Assembly (NCBI GenBank): GCA_963422645.2
Contig: CAXXVO010000012.1
Span: 235,873-299,872 of the forward strand
Length of the DNA stretch: 64,000 bases
Source: Alphaproteobacteria bacterium
GTDB taxonomy: Bacteria; Pseudomonadota; Alphaproteobacteria; UBA828
Reading direction: 5' to 3'
Shown: in pieces, positions 11,853-21,917 of the stretch
Position numbering within the stretch: position 1 is the stretch's first letter
Layout: each line of letters starts with the position of its first letter
Made by a program: the position numbers and the translations under genes
The notes under the pieces: generated by a model
Databases searched by the model: none
What the model was told of the DNA's origin: nothing
Seen by the model: the letters and a program-made list of their open reading frames with translations, nothing else

Positions 11853-12095
11853 ATGGCAAGCATTACGATCCGCAACCTCGACGATGGCGTGAAGTCGCGG
11901 CTGAGGATACGGGCGGCCGAGCATGGACGTTCCATGGAGGAAGAGGCCCGGTTGATCCTGCGGGATGCGGTCGGGACGGAAGCCGGAGCGGACAACCTCG
12001 CCAGTGCCATTCGCGCGCGCTTCGCACCATTTGGCGGGGTAGAGCTCGAACTTCCGCCGCGGGAGGCCATGCGCGAGCCACCCAATTTCGATTGA
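11853..12095 (+). CDS. FitA-like ribbon-helix-helix antitoxin (VapB type)
   Basis: MASITIRNLDDGVKSRLRIRAAEHGRSMEEEARLILR. Confidence 0.9.
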   Translation: MASITIRNLDDGVKSRLRIRAAEHGRSMEEEARLILRDAVGTEAGADNLASAIRARFAPFGGVELELPPREAMREPPNFD

Positions 12096-12104
12096 TGGCT
12101 GTCG

Positions 12105-12152
12105 ATGTTCGTCCTGGATACAAATGTAGCATGTTCTTTCCTACTGGCCTAA
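12105..12152 (+). pseudogene. 5' stub of a VapC/FitB PIN toxin, interrupted after MFVLDTNV
   Basis: ATG TTC GTC CTG GAT ACA AAT GTA lies 9 bp after the antitoxin, then unrelated AT-rich sequence and a stop. Confidence 0.75.
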
Positions 12153-12192
12153 CCTACCGTATTCAAATAGCTTTTCTTTTTGCCCAACTGGC

Positions 12193-12212
12193 CCGTAAGC
12201 AATTCGGAAGCG
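12193..12212 (+). repeat. Putative integrase arm-type binding motif, copy 1
   Basis: CCGTAAGCAATTCGGAAGCG; matches the reverse complement of 17085-17104 at 19/20 and of 38205-38224 at 17/20. Confidence 0.7.
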
Positions 12213-12513
12213 GATTGGGGTGAAAGCCCGCGCGTTTCGGCGCGGCGCTGTCGACGGAAACCGCCTACCACTCCGTTGACCATCGGACCATCGTAACCGC
12301 TCGTCGGCCATCCGCTCGTGCGCTGTCCCGTTCGGCGAACCATCGGTGCGACGCAGACTCCATTGCGGTGCCGCGTTTCGGGATCGTAAACACCGGCCGA
12401 GCGCGTGGCCGGCGTACGGACATGCCGGTGATGTCGGCACGGGGGCCTGTTGCCACCTGCATTGCTGAGCGCACCGCACTTTCACTCCCGGCCGTCGGGT
12501 GCGTGGGCTGGCC

Positions 12514-13215
12514 TTACACCCGTCTGACGGTCCAGAGTACCTTGCCGACGATGTGCACGTCTTCGGCAAGGCAGGTGTAGTCGGCGTAGTCCGGGTTGGC
12601 TGATTTCAGCCGCAGCTCGGGCGCGCCGCCGGCGTCGTTCACATGCTCGACGCGCTTGACCACGAGCCCGGTTCCGTCGAAGAGCACGAACATCTCGCCG
12701 GTGGCGGGGACGCGCCGGGCGGTGTCGACGAGCAGCCGGTCGCCTTCGGAGAGCTCGGGCTCCATCGATTCGCCGCGCACCCGCAGCACGCGGATGGCGC
12801 CGGGGTTTGCGCCCCCCTCGTAGCGGATCATCCCCTCGGGGAGGAACCAGCGCGCGCGCTCGGCGACGAACTCGTCGGCAAGCGCGCCGGGTCCCGCGGA
12901 CGCCTCGACATCCACCTCCGGGACGGCGGCGAGCGGCACCGGTCCGGGATCCATCTCCTGTCGGCGCCGCTTCTTCGCTGCCGCCCTCTTGCGCCGGGGC
13001 GGGCGCTCGGCGTGGTGCAGATCTCCGGCCTTGCAGCCAAGCAGGCCGGCGAGCTTTTCCGCGTCCTGGTGCGAGATCACCTTGGGGGTGCCGCGCTCGA
13101 GGAAGCCGTGCAGGTAGGAGACGTTGCGGCCGATGGCGAGCGACACCTCGCGCATGTTCATGCCGCGCCTCCAGAGCAGGTCGCGGATGTTCTGTCGTAC
13201 CGGGTCGCGTTCCAT
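12514..13215 (-). CDS. CI/LexA-like repressor (HTH plus S24 peptidase)
   Basis: N-terminal HTH (REVSLAIGRNVSYLH), VRGESMEP Ser motif, VVKRV Lys, IVGKVLW. Confidence 0.88.
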   Translation of the reverse strand: MERDPVRQNIRDLLWRRGMNMREVSLAIGRNVSYLHGFLERGTPKVISHQDAEKLAGLLGCKAGDLHHAERPPRRKRAAAKKRRRQEMDPGPVPLAAVPEVDVEASAGPGALADEFVAERARWFLPEGMIRYEGGANPGAIRVLRVRGESMEPELSEGDRLLVDTARRVPATGEMFVLFDGTGLVVKRVEHVNDAGGAPELRLKSANPDYADYTCLAEDVHIVGKVLWTVRRV

Positions 13216-13280
13216 CGCGTTGCCTCGCTGGGTTGTCGCCGGTTGACGGCGGATGGCATAGCGTATTCACTAACTAACAC

Positions 13281-13297
13281 GATTGTCAACGACAATC
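13281..13297. promoter_or_regulatory. Palindromic operator candidate between divergent repressor and cro-like gene
   Basis: Perfect GATTGTC-AAC-GACAATC inverted repeat. Confidence 0.55.
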
Positions 13298-13319
13298 TGC
13301 CTGCGTATCTTCCGCCGCC

Positions 13320-14243
13320 ATGAACGCACTCACCACACATTTCCGCCACGCCGTGCGGGCGTATCTCGACCGCACCGGCACCGCACCCGCGCGGCTTGGG
13401 CTCGCGGAATCGCGCCAGTTCGGCGGCTGCTTCGTGCTCGGCATCCAGGTGATCTCCGCGCTCCGCGACCTCTACGGGCGCAACGGCGCGGAGACCATCT
13501 CGGGGCTCTGCGGCACCCGCGTGGTGCTCGCCGCCCCCGACCGCGACACCGCGCAATGGTCGGCCGACAGCCTCGGCCGCAGCGAGGTCGAGGAGGTGAC
13601 GGAGGGGTTCTCCTACGGCGCCAACACCATCCGCGACGGCGTCTCGCTCACGCCCAAGCGCGAGCTCCGCGCGCTCGCGCTCGCCTCCGAGATCATGCAG
13701 CTCGAGAGCCTCCACGGCTGGCTGCGCTTCCCCGGCCCGCTCCCGGTCGCCCCGATCCGGCTCGACTACGTGAAGCGCCCGAAGGCCGCCGAGCGGTTCG
13801 TGCCGCGGCGAGATGCCGGCCGGGACGAGACGGCGGCGGCAGCCAGGCCTCCCGGATCGACGGAGACCGAAGCGGATGCCGCACCGGAAGCGGCGGACCC
13901 TCGGGGCGAGCTCCCGAGCCTCCCGCCGCCCGACCCGGAACGGAAGCCGGCTCGCACCGGATCGGCCGGCGCGGAGGCCAAGCCAAGGGATGCACCGACG
14001 ACGGTCGGCGAGCTGGACCGGGCCACAGAAGCCCCCGCCGGCGCCGCGCGGCCAGCGGACGGTTCCGGCGAGGTGGCGGGGACGGGCGGTGCAAGCGGCG
14101 GTGACGCGCCGGGCGAGTCTTCGGCCCGCGAACGCGCCGCCGCGCCCGGTGGGCGGGACAGCACGGCTTCGGGTCCGTATACCGGGGATGACGATGACGC
14201 GGCCGGCGGCGCTGACGGCCGTCCGGCCTGCGAGTGGCTCTGA
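13320..14243 (+). pseudogene. Deletion fusion: Cro-like N-terminus joined to the C-terminal part of a TrwB/TraD type IV coupling protein
   Basis: MNALTTHFRHAVRAYLDRTGTAPARLGL followed by AESRQFGGCFVLGIQ...DLYG...SEIMQL; transmembrane segments and Walker motifs absent. Confidence 0.75.
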
Positions 14244-17071
14244 TGGTCGTCTCCATCGGCGCCGTCGCCTCGCCCGCGCAAGGTACGTCCTACTACGAGC
14301 GCGACGGCTACTACGCGAAGGACGACCCTGCCCACAGGGCCGCCAGCGCCTGGGCCGGAAAGGGCGCCGAGGGGCTGGGCCTCGAAGGCCCGGTCGACCC
14401 GGAGACGTTCCGCGCGGTACTCGAAGGCGAGGTGCCGGACGGATCGGGAAAGCGCCTGGGACGCCTCGACAGAGACGGCAACCGCATCCATCGCCCCGGC
14501 CGCGACCTGACGTTCAGCGCGCCGAAGTCCGTGTCTCTCGCCGCGCTGGTCGGCGGCGACGGCCGCGTAGTCGAGGCCCATGACCGGGCCGTCGCCCGCA
14601 CGCTTGCCTGGGTCGAGGGCAACGCCGCCGAGACCCGCATGCGGGATCCGGAGACGGGAAAGATGGTCCGGGCCGGCAACCAAAGAGTCGTGGCGGCAAC
14701 GTTCCGCCACGATACGTCCCGCAACCTCGATCCCCAGCTCCACACCCACGCCGTGCTCGCCAACATGGTGCAGGGCGGAGACGGGAAGTGGCGGACCATG
14801 GCCAACGAGTCGCTCTACCGCCAGCAGAAGCTGATCGGCATGGTCTACCGCAGCGAACTCGCCCGAGGCATTGCCGGGCTCGGCTACGGCATCGAGAAGA
14901 GCCATGCCGACGGGCGCTTCGAGATCGCGGGCGTGTCCCGCGAGGTGATCGAGGCCTTCTCCACCCGGCGCGCCGAGATCGAGGCCGCGGTCGCCGAGCG
15001 CGGCGCCGCGGGGACCGCCGCCGATGCGCGCCTCGCCGAGCGCGCGGCGCTGATGACGCGGGCCCACAAGCGCGATGTCGACAAGGCGGCGCTGCGCGAG
15101 AGCTGGCAGCGGCAGGCCGCCGGACTCGAGTTCGATGCGCGGGCCATCGTCGCCGAGGCCTTGCCGCGGGACGCCGGAAGGGAGCCGATCGTGGCGCGAG
15201 CGACGGACACCGCGCCGCGCGAGGCGGCGGCCCTTGCGGGCGCTGCCGGGAGGAAGGAGCCTGTGGGGCCGGACGGTGTTCCGAAGACCCCGGCGGCGGA
15301 GGCCATGGAATGGGCGGTCTCCCACTTGGCCGAGCGGGAGGCGGTGTTCTCCCGCGCCGACCTGCTGGCCGCCGCCCTCGCCTGGCGGCCCGGAGCGGTC
15401 TCCGTCGGAGAGGCGGAGATGACGGTGGGCACTCTCCGGAAGGCCGGCACGCTCCACGCCGCGCCCGCGCACGAAGCCGGCGACGGGATGACGACGGACA
15501 AGGCGCTCGCCGACGAGCGCGAGACGATCGGGCTGATGCGCGACGGTCAGGCCCGCGGGCGGCCGGTGATGCGAAGCTGGATGGTGAGCGCGCGCCTGCA
15601 CAGGGGACCGCTGACCCACGGGCAGCGGGAGGCGGTCAAGCTCATCCTCGGCGCGAAGGACCGGGTGGTGGGCGTCCAGGGCTATGCCGGCACCGGCAAG
15701 ACCGCCATGCTGAGGCGCGTCCAGGCGCTGGCGGCGAAGAGCGGCTACCGCATGATGGGGCTCGCCCCCTCGGCCTCGGCGGCGAGGACGCTCGGCGCCG
15801 AGGCCGGCATCGAAAGCGAGACGCTGCAGCTCTTCCTCGCGCGCAACGCCGGCGTCGCGCAAGCGCGCCTTTCGAAGAAGGGCGAGCGCGAACTGCGCAG
15901 CCGCTTCGCCAAGACCGTGCTGGTGGTGGACGAAGGCTCGCTCGCCTCCACCGTCCAGGCCCGCGACCTGCTGCGGATCGCGACCGTGCTGCGCATCCCA
16001 CGAGTGGTGCTAGTCGGGGACTCGAAGCAGCTCGACGCGGTCGATGCCGGGAAGCCGTTCGCGCAGCTTCAGGCCGCCGGCATGAAAACAGCCATCATGG
16101 ACGAGATCATGCGCCAGCGCGACCCCGACCTGAAGGCCGCGGTCGAGGCGAGCCTCGCGGGCGAAACGGCCAAGGCGTTCGGGAAGCTCGGCGCCAACGT
16201 CGCCGAGGTGAAGGCCGACAACATCGCGGGCGCGGTCGCCGCGCGCTGGCTCGCGCTCTCCCCGGAGATGCGCAACCGCACCGGGGTGATGGCCCCGAGC
16301 CACGCGCTCCGCCAAGCCATCAACGGCCATATCCGCGAGCGTCTCGCCCGTGAGGGCCGCATCCACGGCCCCGCACTCCAGAGCGAGCGGCTGGTCTCGA
16401 AGGGCTACACCAACGCGGAGAAGGCGCTCGCCGGGAACTATGCGGTGGGCGATGTCGTGGTCTTCCACCGACCGTACAAACGGATCGGCGTCGAGAAGGG
16501 CGACGAGCGCCGCGTCGCCGGCGTCGATCACGCGCGAAGGGAGGTCCTGCTCGGCGGGGGAGAGCACGGGACGGTGGGCTGGAAACCCGGCGAAATTGCC
16601 GGGAGCCGGGGCGGCAGCGAGGTCTACCGGGCCGAGGCGCTCGAGCTCCGCGCCGGCGACCGCGTCCGCTGGACCCGCAACGACACCGTGCTCGGGCTCG
16701 TCAACAGCCACACCGCCGAGGTGGTGGCGGTGACCGGCGGCCGGGTGTCCTTCCGGCTCGAGGACGGGCGCATGCTGAGCCTGAACGAAGGCGATCCGCA
16801 GATGCGCCATCTCGACCATGCCTGGGCCTCGACCGTACATGCGTTCCAGGGCCGTACCGTCGACAACGTGATCGCCGCCATGGAGGCAAACCATCCGCAC
16901 CTGACCAATCATAAAACGATGTATGATTCTCGCCTGTTCGACAACGGTGCGCAGAGGCGGTCAGAGACACGCGGGAGTATAATAGTCGATTGTTATAGCT
17001 ATATATTATCCCGTTCTCTCCTACAGCTACCCGCTTTCTGCCGCGCCACAGATGCGCTCCGATGCGCCTAG
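14243..17071 (+). pseudogene. MOB-F (TrwC/TraI) relaxase-helicase, interrupted at about 16910-16925
   Basis: YYERDGYY, DLTFSAPKSVS, HDTSRNLDPQLHTH, GYAGTGKT, TVHAFQGRT; similarity ends at HPHLTNHKTMY and motif VI (YV.ISR.R) is missing. Confidence 0.88.
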
Positions 17072-17104
17072 ATTGGAAGTCGGTCGCTTGCGAATTGCTT
17101 ACGG
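17051..17104 (+). repeat. Conserved integrase-proximal leader with arm-like motif, copy 2
   Basis: GATGCGCTCCGATGCGCCTAGATT...CGGTCGCTTGCGAATTGCTTACG aligns without gaps to 38171-38223. Confidence 0.75.
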
Positions 17105-17312
17105 ACCTGATACACGATCCCGCTCAGAATTCGTAATGCTTCTGTTCTCAGGTGATGGATGGTGATTTCACCGATTGAGTGTCCGCTTCCAGTCTCGTCG
17201 GAGAGGCCGCAGCCAGATGTCCCTCCTGGGCTCGGCCCGCTTCATGTGCGTGTCGTAGCGCCCGCGCAAAAGCCTCTGGTAACGCCGCCGGTGATTCGAT
17301 ATCGTCTCGCCC

Positions 17313-19751
17313 ATGGCGATGCGAGACGAGGATTTCGGGACGGCGCTGACACCGACCGAGGGGGACGAGGCGATCTGGTCGCCCCCCATGTCGGCGCCGG
17401 CGAGCGAGCCGCGCGACTGGCAATCTCTGTGCGAACAGGCGCAGGCGCGGGCGGAAGCAGCGGAAGCGCGTGCGGAAGAGTTGCGCTGGGCGGAAGTCGC
17501 CGCCCGCAGCGATGCGGGTGCGTGGAAGTCGCGGTTCAAGGCCTGCCGGCAGAGGCTGAGCGAGGCCGAGGAAGAGACCGGGGACCTCCGCCGCGCGGCC
17601 AAGGACGTGCCGGCCTTGCAGGCCGAAGTGGCGCACTTGCAGGAGTTGCTCTCCGAAGCCCGCAGCGTATCGAGCGAGTTCGGCACGATCGAAGCGCTGC
17701 GCGACGAGGTTGCTCAGTTGCAAGAGGCCCTGGCGTCGAAAGCCCGGAAGGACGCGACGGGGCCACTGTCGAGGGAGAATGCCCGGCTCCGCAAGACCCT
17801 GGAGCGGTCGCAGGGACAGAAGGACGAGGTCGCGGCGTTGCGCGGAGAGGTCTCGGCGCGGCGCAAGTCGGAGCGGGCCGCGCAGACGGCGCTGTCGAAG
17901 GAGAGCATCCGGCTGGGCAAGGCGCTGGAACGGACGCAGAAGCAGAAGGACACGGTCAAGGCGCTGCGCGAGGAAGTCGATTCCCTGACCCGGGAGACCC
18001 GTCGGCAGAACCGGGAGAACGGCCGGCTGCGCCGCGAGCTGGAGTGGTTGCAGGGCATCAGGGCGACGGCACGTGGGTTGTCCGACGAGGTCGAGCTGCT
18101 GCGCGCGGAACTGGCGGAATACCACGACCAGACGAACTTCATCGATTGGCAGGACAGGCGCATCGTCGACTTGCAAATTGCCCTGGATACGTCGGCCTTC
18201 AAGACCGAGCGGCTGGAGGCCGAGCTTGCCGAACGTCCCCTGCTGCCTGCGGCCTTGAAGAGATTGCGCCAGCAGGAGAAGACCATCGAGTCCCTGCGGG
18301 CCCGGATCGAGACGCTGGAAGAGGAGCTGGCCAAGCTGCGCTCGAGCCGGGCCGTCCTGTCGAAGGCGCTCCACGGCAGGAAGAGCGAGCAGCAGCAGAA
18401 GCCCGGTACGGGGCGCAAGCGCGGCCAGCAACGCGGCGCGCCCGGCCACGGCCGCACCCCGCGGCCCAAGCTCCAGGAGAAGAAGGAACGGCGCAACCCG
18501 CCGAAGGATGCGCGCATCTGTTCCTGTTGCGGCAAGCCCTATGTCGCCAACGGCGAACGCTCCACGAGCCTGATCGAGATCGAGGTCAAGGCCCACATCC
18601 GCAGGATCGTGCGGCCGCGCTACCGCCGGGGCTGCGAGTGTGCGTCCTCGCCCCTGGAAGCGATTGCGCCGCCGGTGCCGCGGCTGTTCCCCGGAACGCT
18701 CTTCGGAACCAGCTTCTGGGCACGGTTCCTGTTCGAACACTGTGGGTGTCTGCGCCCGCTGTGCCGGGTCGCCGCGTGGTACGGGGACCAGGGGCTGCCG
18801 GTCTCGCCGGGTACGCTGGCCAACAGCCTGAAGCGCTTCGTGCCGCTGTTCGACCCGCTCTACGAGGCGATCCTCGCGCACCAGAACACCGCGGCGTTGC
18901 GCCATGCCGACGAGACCGGCTGGCGGGTACAGGAGTTCCGCGACACCGGCCGTTCGAGCCGCGCCTGGCTGTGGGTCTCGGTCAGCAAGGATTCGGTCTA
19001 CTACATCATCGACCCCTCGCGCAGCGCCGAGGTCGCAAGGACCCTGTTCCGCGACACCGCCTGTATCGTCTTCCTGGTCTGCGACCGCTACAGCGCATAC
19101 AAAACGCTGGCGCGCGAACTCGCCGGCAAGGTGATCCTGTGCTGGTGCTGGGCACATCAGCGACGCGACTTCGTCGACTGCGCGACCGGGCAGGAGGCGC
19201 TGACCGAATGGTGCCAGGAATGGGTCGAGCGGATCGCGCTCGTCTACCACCTGAACGACGAACGGCTGAAGCATTACGACCCCGCTCTCGAACGCCAGAC
19301 ACGGGCCTTCGACGCGGCGCAGCGCAAGCTCGGAAGGGCGGTCAAGCGCCTGTTCGCGGACGCCGAGGCGGAACTGGCCGGCCTGCCGGACAAGGACCGT
19401 CGGGCAAAGCCCTTGCGCTCGCTGCTCAACCACCGCGAAGGGTTGTGCGTCTTCGTCGACAATCCCCAGGTTCCGATGGACAACAACGCCGGGGAGCGGG
19501 CGATCCGCGGGCCGGCCATCGGGCGCCGATTGAGCTTCGGTTCCAACAGCGAGGACGGCGCGAAGTTCACCGCGACCATGTACTCCGTCATCGGCACGCT
19601 CTCGATGAACGGCATCGACGTGCCGCGCTGGCTGGAGGCATGGTTGAAGGCCTGCGCGGAGAATGGCGGCAAACCGCCCGACGACCTGTCCCCATGGCTG
19701 CCGTGGACGATGAGCGAGGCGCGCAGGCGCAAGTTCACGGCGCAGGAATGA
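17313..19751 (+). CDS. IS66 family transposase (TnpC-like) with long N-terminal coiled coil
   Basis: LHGRKSE, CSCCG Zn finger, HADETGW, VCDRYSAY, CWAHQRRDF, DNNAGERAIR. Confidence 0.9.
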   Translation: MAMRDEDFGTALTPTEGDEAIWSPPMSAPASEPRDWQSLCEQAQARAEAAEARAEELRWAEVAARSDAGAWKSRFKACRQRLSEAEEETGDLRRAAKDVPALQAEVAHLQELLSEARSVSSEFGTIEALRDEVAQLQEALASKARKDATGPLSRENARLRKTLERSQGQKDEVAALRGEVSARRKSERAAQTALSKESIRLGKALERTQKQKDTVKALREEVDSLTRETRRQNRENGRLRRELEWLQGIRATARGLSDEVELLRAELAEYHDQTNFIDWQDRRIVDLQIALDTSAFKTERLEAELAERPLLPAALKRLRQQEKTIESLRARIETLEEELAKLRSSRAVLSKALHGRKSEQQQKPGTGRKRGQQRGAPGHGRTPRPKLQEKKERRNPPKDARICSCCGKPYVANGERSTSLIEIEVKAHIRRIVRPRYRRGCECASSPLEAIAPPVPRLFPGTLFGTSFWARFLFEHCGCLRPLCRVAAWYGDQGLPVSPGTLANSLKRFVPLFDPLYEAILAHQNTAALRHADETGWRVQEFRDTGRSSRAWLWVSVSKDSVYYIIDPSRSAEVARTLFRDTACIVFLVCDRYSAYKTLARELAGKVILCWCWAHQRRDFVDCATGQEALTEWCQEWVERIALVYHLNDERLKHYDPALERQTRAFDAAQRKLGRAVKRLFADAEAELAGLPDKDRRAKPLRSLLNHREGLCVFVDNPQVPMDNNAGERAIRGPAIGRRLSFGSNSEDGAKFTATMYSVIGTLSMNGIDVPRWLEAWLKACAENGGKPPDDLSPWLPWTMSEARRRKFTAQE

Positions 19752-20629
19752 CCGGCGCCATCGAGTGCCGGTACTACGGGCGCGACTTCACCACCGACGA
19801 GATGGCGCTGCTGCGCGCCCTGATCGCCGCCGATCCGCAGCCGACCCGCGCCGCCCTGTCCAGAGAGTTCTGCCGGCGTATCGGCTGGCTCAAGCCCGAC
19901 GGCGGCCTCAAGGACATGATGGCCAAGGTGACCATGCTCGCCATGCACCGCGACGGCGTGATCGTTCTGCCGCCGCCGAGGGGACGGCAGGGCCGGCCCA
20001 AGCCCTTCGTCTTCGGGCCTGACACCGAGCCGCCGCTGTTCCCGGCGCCGACGACGCTGGACGAGGTGCGCCCCCTCGACTTCCGCACCGTCATGCGCAA
20101 CACGCGGGAAGGCAGGCTCTGGAACGAGTTCGTCGCCCGCTACCACTACCTCGGATACAAGACCCTGGTCGGCGCCCAGATGCGCTACGCCGTGCACGAC
20201 CGAAACGGCTGGCCCGTCGCCATGCTCGGCTTCTCCACCGCCGCCTGGAAGCTCGCCCCGCGCGACAGCTTCATCGGATGGACGCCCGAGCTGCGCGAGA
20301 AGAACCTGCCGCTGGTGGTGGACAACCCGCGCTTCCTGATCCTGCCCTGGGTCGAGATCCCGAACCTGGGCTCGCACATCCTCGCCATCGTGCGCCGCCG
20401 CCTGCCCGAGGACTGGACCGCGCGCTACAACGTCACACCGGTGCTCATCGAGACCTTCGTCGAGACCCCGCGCTACACCGGCGCCGTCTACCGCGCCTCG
20501 GGCTGGACCCGCGTCGGGACCACCCAGGGCCGCGGGCGCTACGACACGCACATGAAGCGGGCCGAGCCCAGGAAGGACATCTGGCTGCGGCCTCTCCGAC
20601 GAGACTGGAAGCGGACACTCAATCGGTGA
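19748..20629 (+). CDS. DUF4338 (Druantia DruA-like) domain protein, IS passenger
   Basis: RYYGRDF, RYHYLGY..LVGAQMRY, AAWKLAPRD..IGW, NPRFLILPWV, ETFVE, GAVYRASGW, T.GRGR. Confidence 0.8.
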   Translation: MTGAIECRYYGRDFTTDEMALLRALIAADPQPTRAALSREFCRRIGWLKPDGGLKDMMAKVTMLAMHRDGVIVLPPPRGRQGRPKPFVFGPDTEPPLFPAPTTLDEVRPLDFRTVMRNTREGRLWNEFVARYHYLGYKTLVGAQMRYAVHDRNGWPVAMLGFSTAAWKLAPRDSFIGWTPELREKNLPLVVDNPRFLILPWVEIPNLGSHILAIVRRRLPEDWTARYNVTPVLIETFVETPRYTGAVYRASGWTRVGTTQGRGRYDTHMKRAEPRKDIWLRPLRRDWKRTLNR

Positions 20630-20691
20630 AATCACCATCCATCACCTGAGAACGGAAGCATTACCAGAATTCCAGGATTCGGATCTGACCG

Positions 20692-21885
20692 ATGCCGAGA
20701 CGCAACGAGTTCGTCATCACCAAGCGCAGCGTGGACGCGCTGTCCGTCGAGGGCAAGGAGGCGGTGTTCTGGGACCGGCGCCTGCCCGGCTTCGGCGTGC
20801 GCGTCCACCCCTCGGGCCGCAAGATGTACGTGGTGCAATCCCGCGGTCCGGCGGGCTCGAAACGGGCGACCCTCGGCCGCCACGGTCCGCTCTCCGCCGA
20901 GCAGGCGCGCCGGCAGGCGGCAACCGTCATCGACCGCATCAAGCAGGGGGAAGACCCGCTGCCGCCCCCACCGGTCGAGCCGGAGCCCGAGCCCACGGTG
21001 GCCGATCTCGCAGCGCGCTTCATGCGCAAGCATGTGGCGACGAACTGCAAGCCGTCGACCGCGACCGACTACAAGTGGACGCTCGACCGGCACATCCTGC
21101 CGGCGCTGGGCGGGCTCGCGGTGGGCGCGGTGGATCGAGAACATGTCGCGTCCCTCCATTACGGGTTGCGTGAGACGCCGTTCGTCGCCAACCGCGTGCT
21201 GGCGACGCTGAGCAAGATGCTTTCGCTGGCCGAGGCTTGGGGCCTCCGGGCCAAGGGCACCAACCCGCGCCGCTTCGTGCGCCGCTATCCGGAGCGGCGG
21301 CGCGAGCGGTTCCTCACATGCGAGGAGTTCCGCCTCCTGGGCGCGGTGCTCGACGAGGCGGAGGCCGACGGCTCGGTGTATCCCTCAGCGGTGGCGGCGA
21401 TCCGGCTCCTGATGCTGACGGGGTGCCGCAAGGGCGAGATCCTGGGCCTGAAATGGGACGACGTGGACCGCACGGCGGGGGAACTGCGGCTGCGCGACGG
21501 CAAGACGGGTGCGCGCATGGTGCCGCTGTCTCCCACCGTGGCCGAAGTGCTGAACGCCATCCCCCGGGTTCCCGGCAATTCGTGGGTGATCGCGGGCAAG
21601 AAGCCGGACGCGCCGCTGTGCGCCGTCGACGACCAGTGGAGCAAGCTGCGCAAGCGGGCCGGTCTGGAGGACGTGCGCATTCATGACCTTCGACATTCGT
21701 ACGCCTCAAGGGCTCTGGCGCTGGGCGAGAGCCTGACGATGATCGGGGCGCTGCTCGGCCATAGCCAAGTCGAGACCACGGCGCGCTACGCCCATCTCGC
21801 GCGAGACACCGAGAAAGCCTCGGCGGCGAAGGTCGGCGGCAGCATCGGGGCGGACATCATGCCGGAGGACGCCGCAGCCGCGTGA
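20692..21885 (+). CDS. Tyrosine integrase with N-terminal arm-binding domain (pair 1, first)
   Basis: WD..LPGFGVRV arm domain; LTGCRKGE, HDLRHSYAS, LLGH, TTARYAHL. Confidence 0.93.
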   Translation: MPRRNEFVITKRSVDALSVEGKEAVFWDRRLPGFGVRVHPSGRKMYVVQSRGPAGSKRATLGRHGPLSAEQARRQAATVIDRIKQGEDPLPPPPVEPEPEPTVADLAARFMRKHVATNCKPSTATDYKWTLDRHILPALGGLAVGAVDREHVASLHYGLRETPFVANRVLATLSKMLSLAEAWGLRAKGTNPRRFVRRYPERRRERFLTCEEFRLLGAVLDEAEADGSVYPSAVAAIRLLMLTGCRKGEILGLKWDDVDRTAGELRLRDGKTGARMVPLSPTVAEVLNAIPRVPGNSWVIAGKKPDAPLCAVDDQWSKLRKRAGLEDVRIHDLRHSYASRALALGESLTMIGALLGHSQVETTARYAHLARDTEKASAAKVGGSIGADIMPEDAAAA

Positions 21886-21917
21886 GGCCCGGCAACGGCG
21901 ATGGGAACAGAGAGACG

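Larger units (their letters stand above)
17133..20664 (+). mobile_element. IS66-family element with about 134-bp terminal inverted repeats and 8-bp target duplication
   Basis: Ends GTAA...TTAC; CAGAATTC at 17125-17132 and 20665-20672; 17133-17266 is the reverse complement of 20531-20664 with 2 mismatches. Confidence 0.93.

Noticed and set aside
11700-12500. tRNA or tmRNA as island attachment site
   Set aside because: No cloverleaf or T-loop signature found by eye; the boundary falls in the vapC stub
12514-13400. Prophage
   Set aside because: A CI/Cro-like switch is present, but there are no structural, terminase or lysis genes and the neighbours are conjugation genes
13766-15862. Long antisense and alternate-frame ORFs (this one and many others in the track)
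   Set aside because: Arg/Pro/Ala-rich with no motifs, overlapping well-supported genes; expected at high GC
17168-17686. Second DUF4338-like gene on the minus strand
   Set aside because: Only its last ~32 codons match, and they come from the terminal inverted repeat
17159-20629. 1156-aa ORF spanning the whole IS66
   Set aside because: Only the last 293 aa (from ATG 19748) look like a real protein; the rest is a shadow frame of the transposase in GC-rich DNA
19748-20629. Druantia defence system
   Set aside because: The DruA-like gene is inside an IS with no other dru genes next to it
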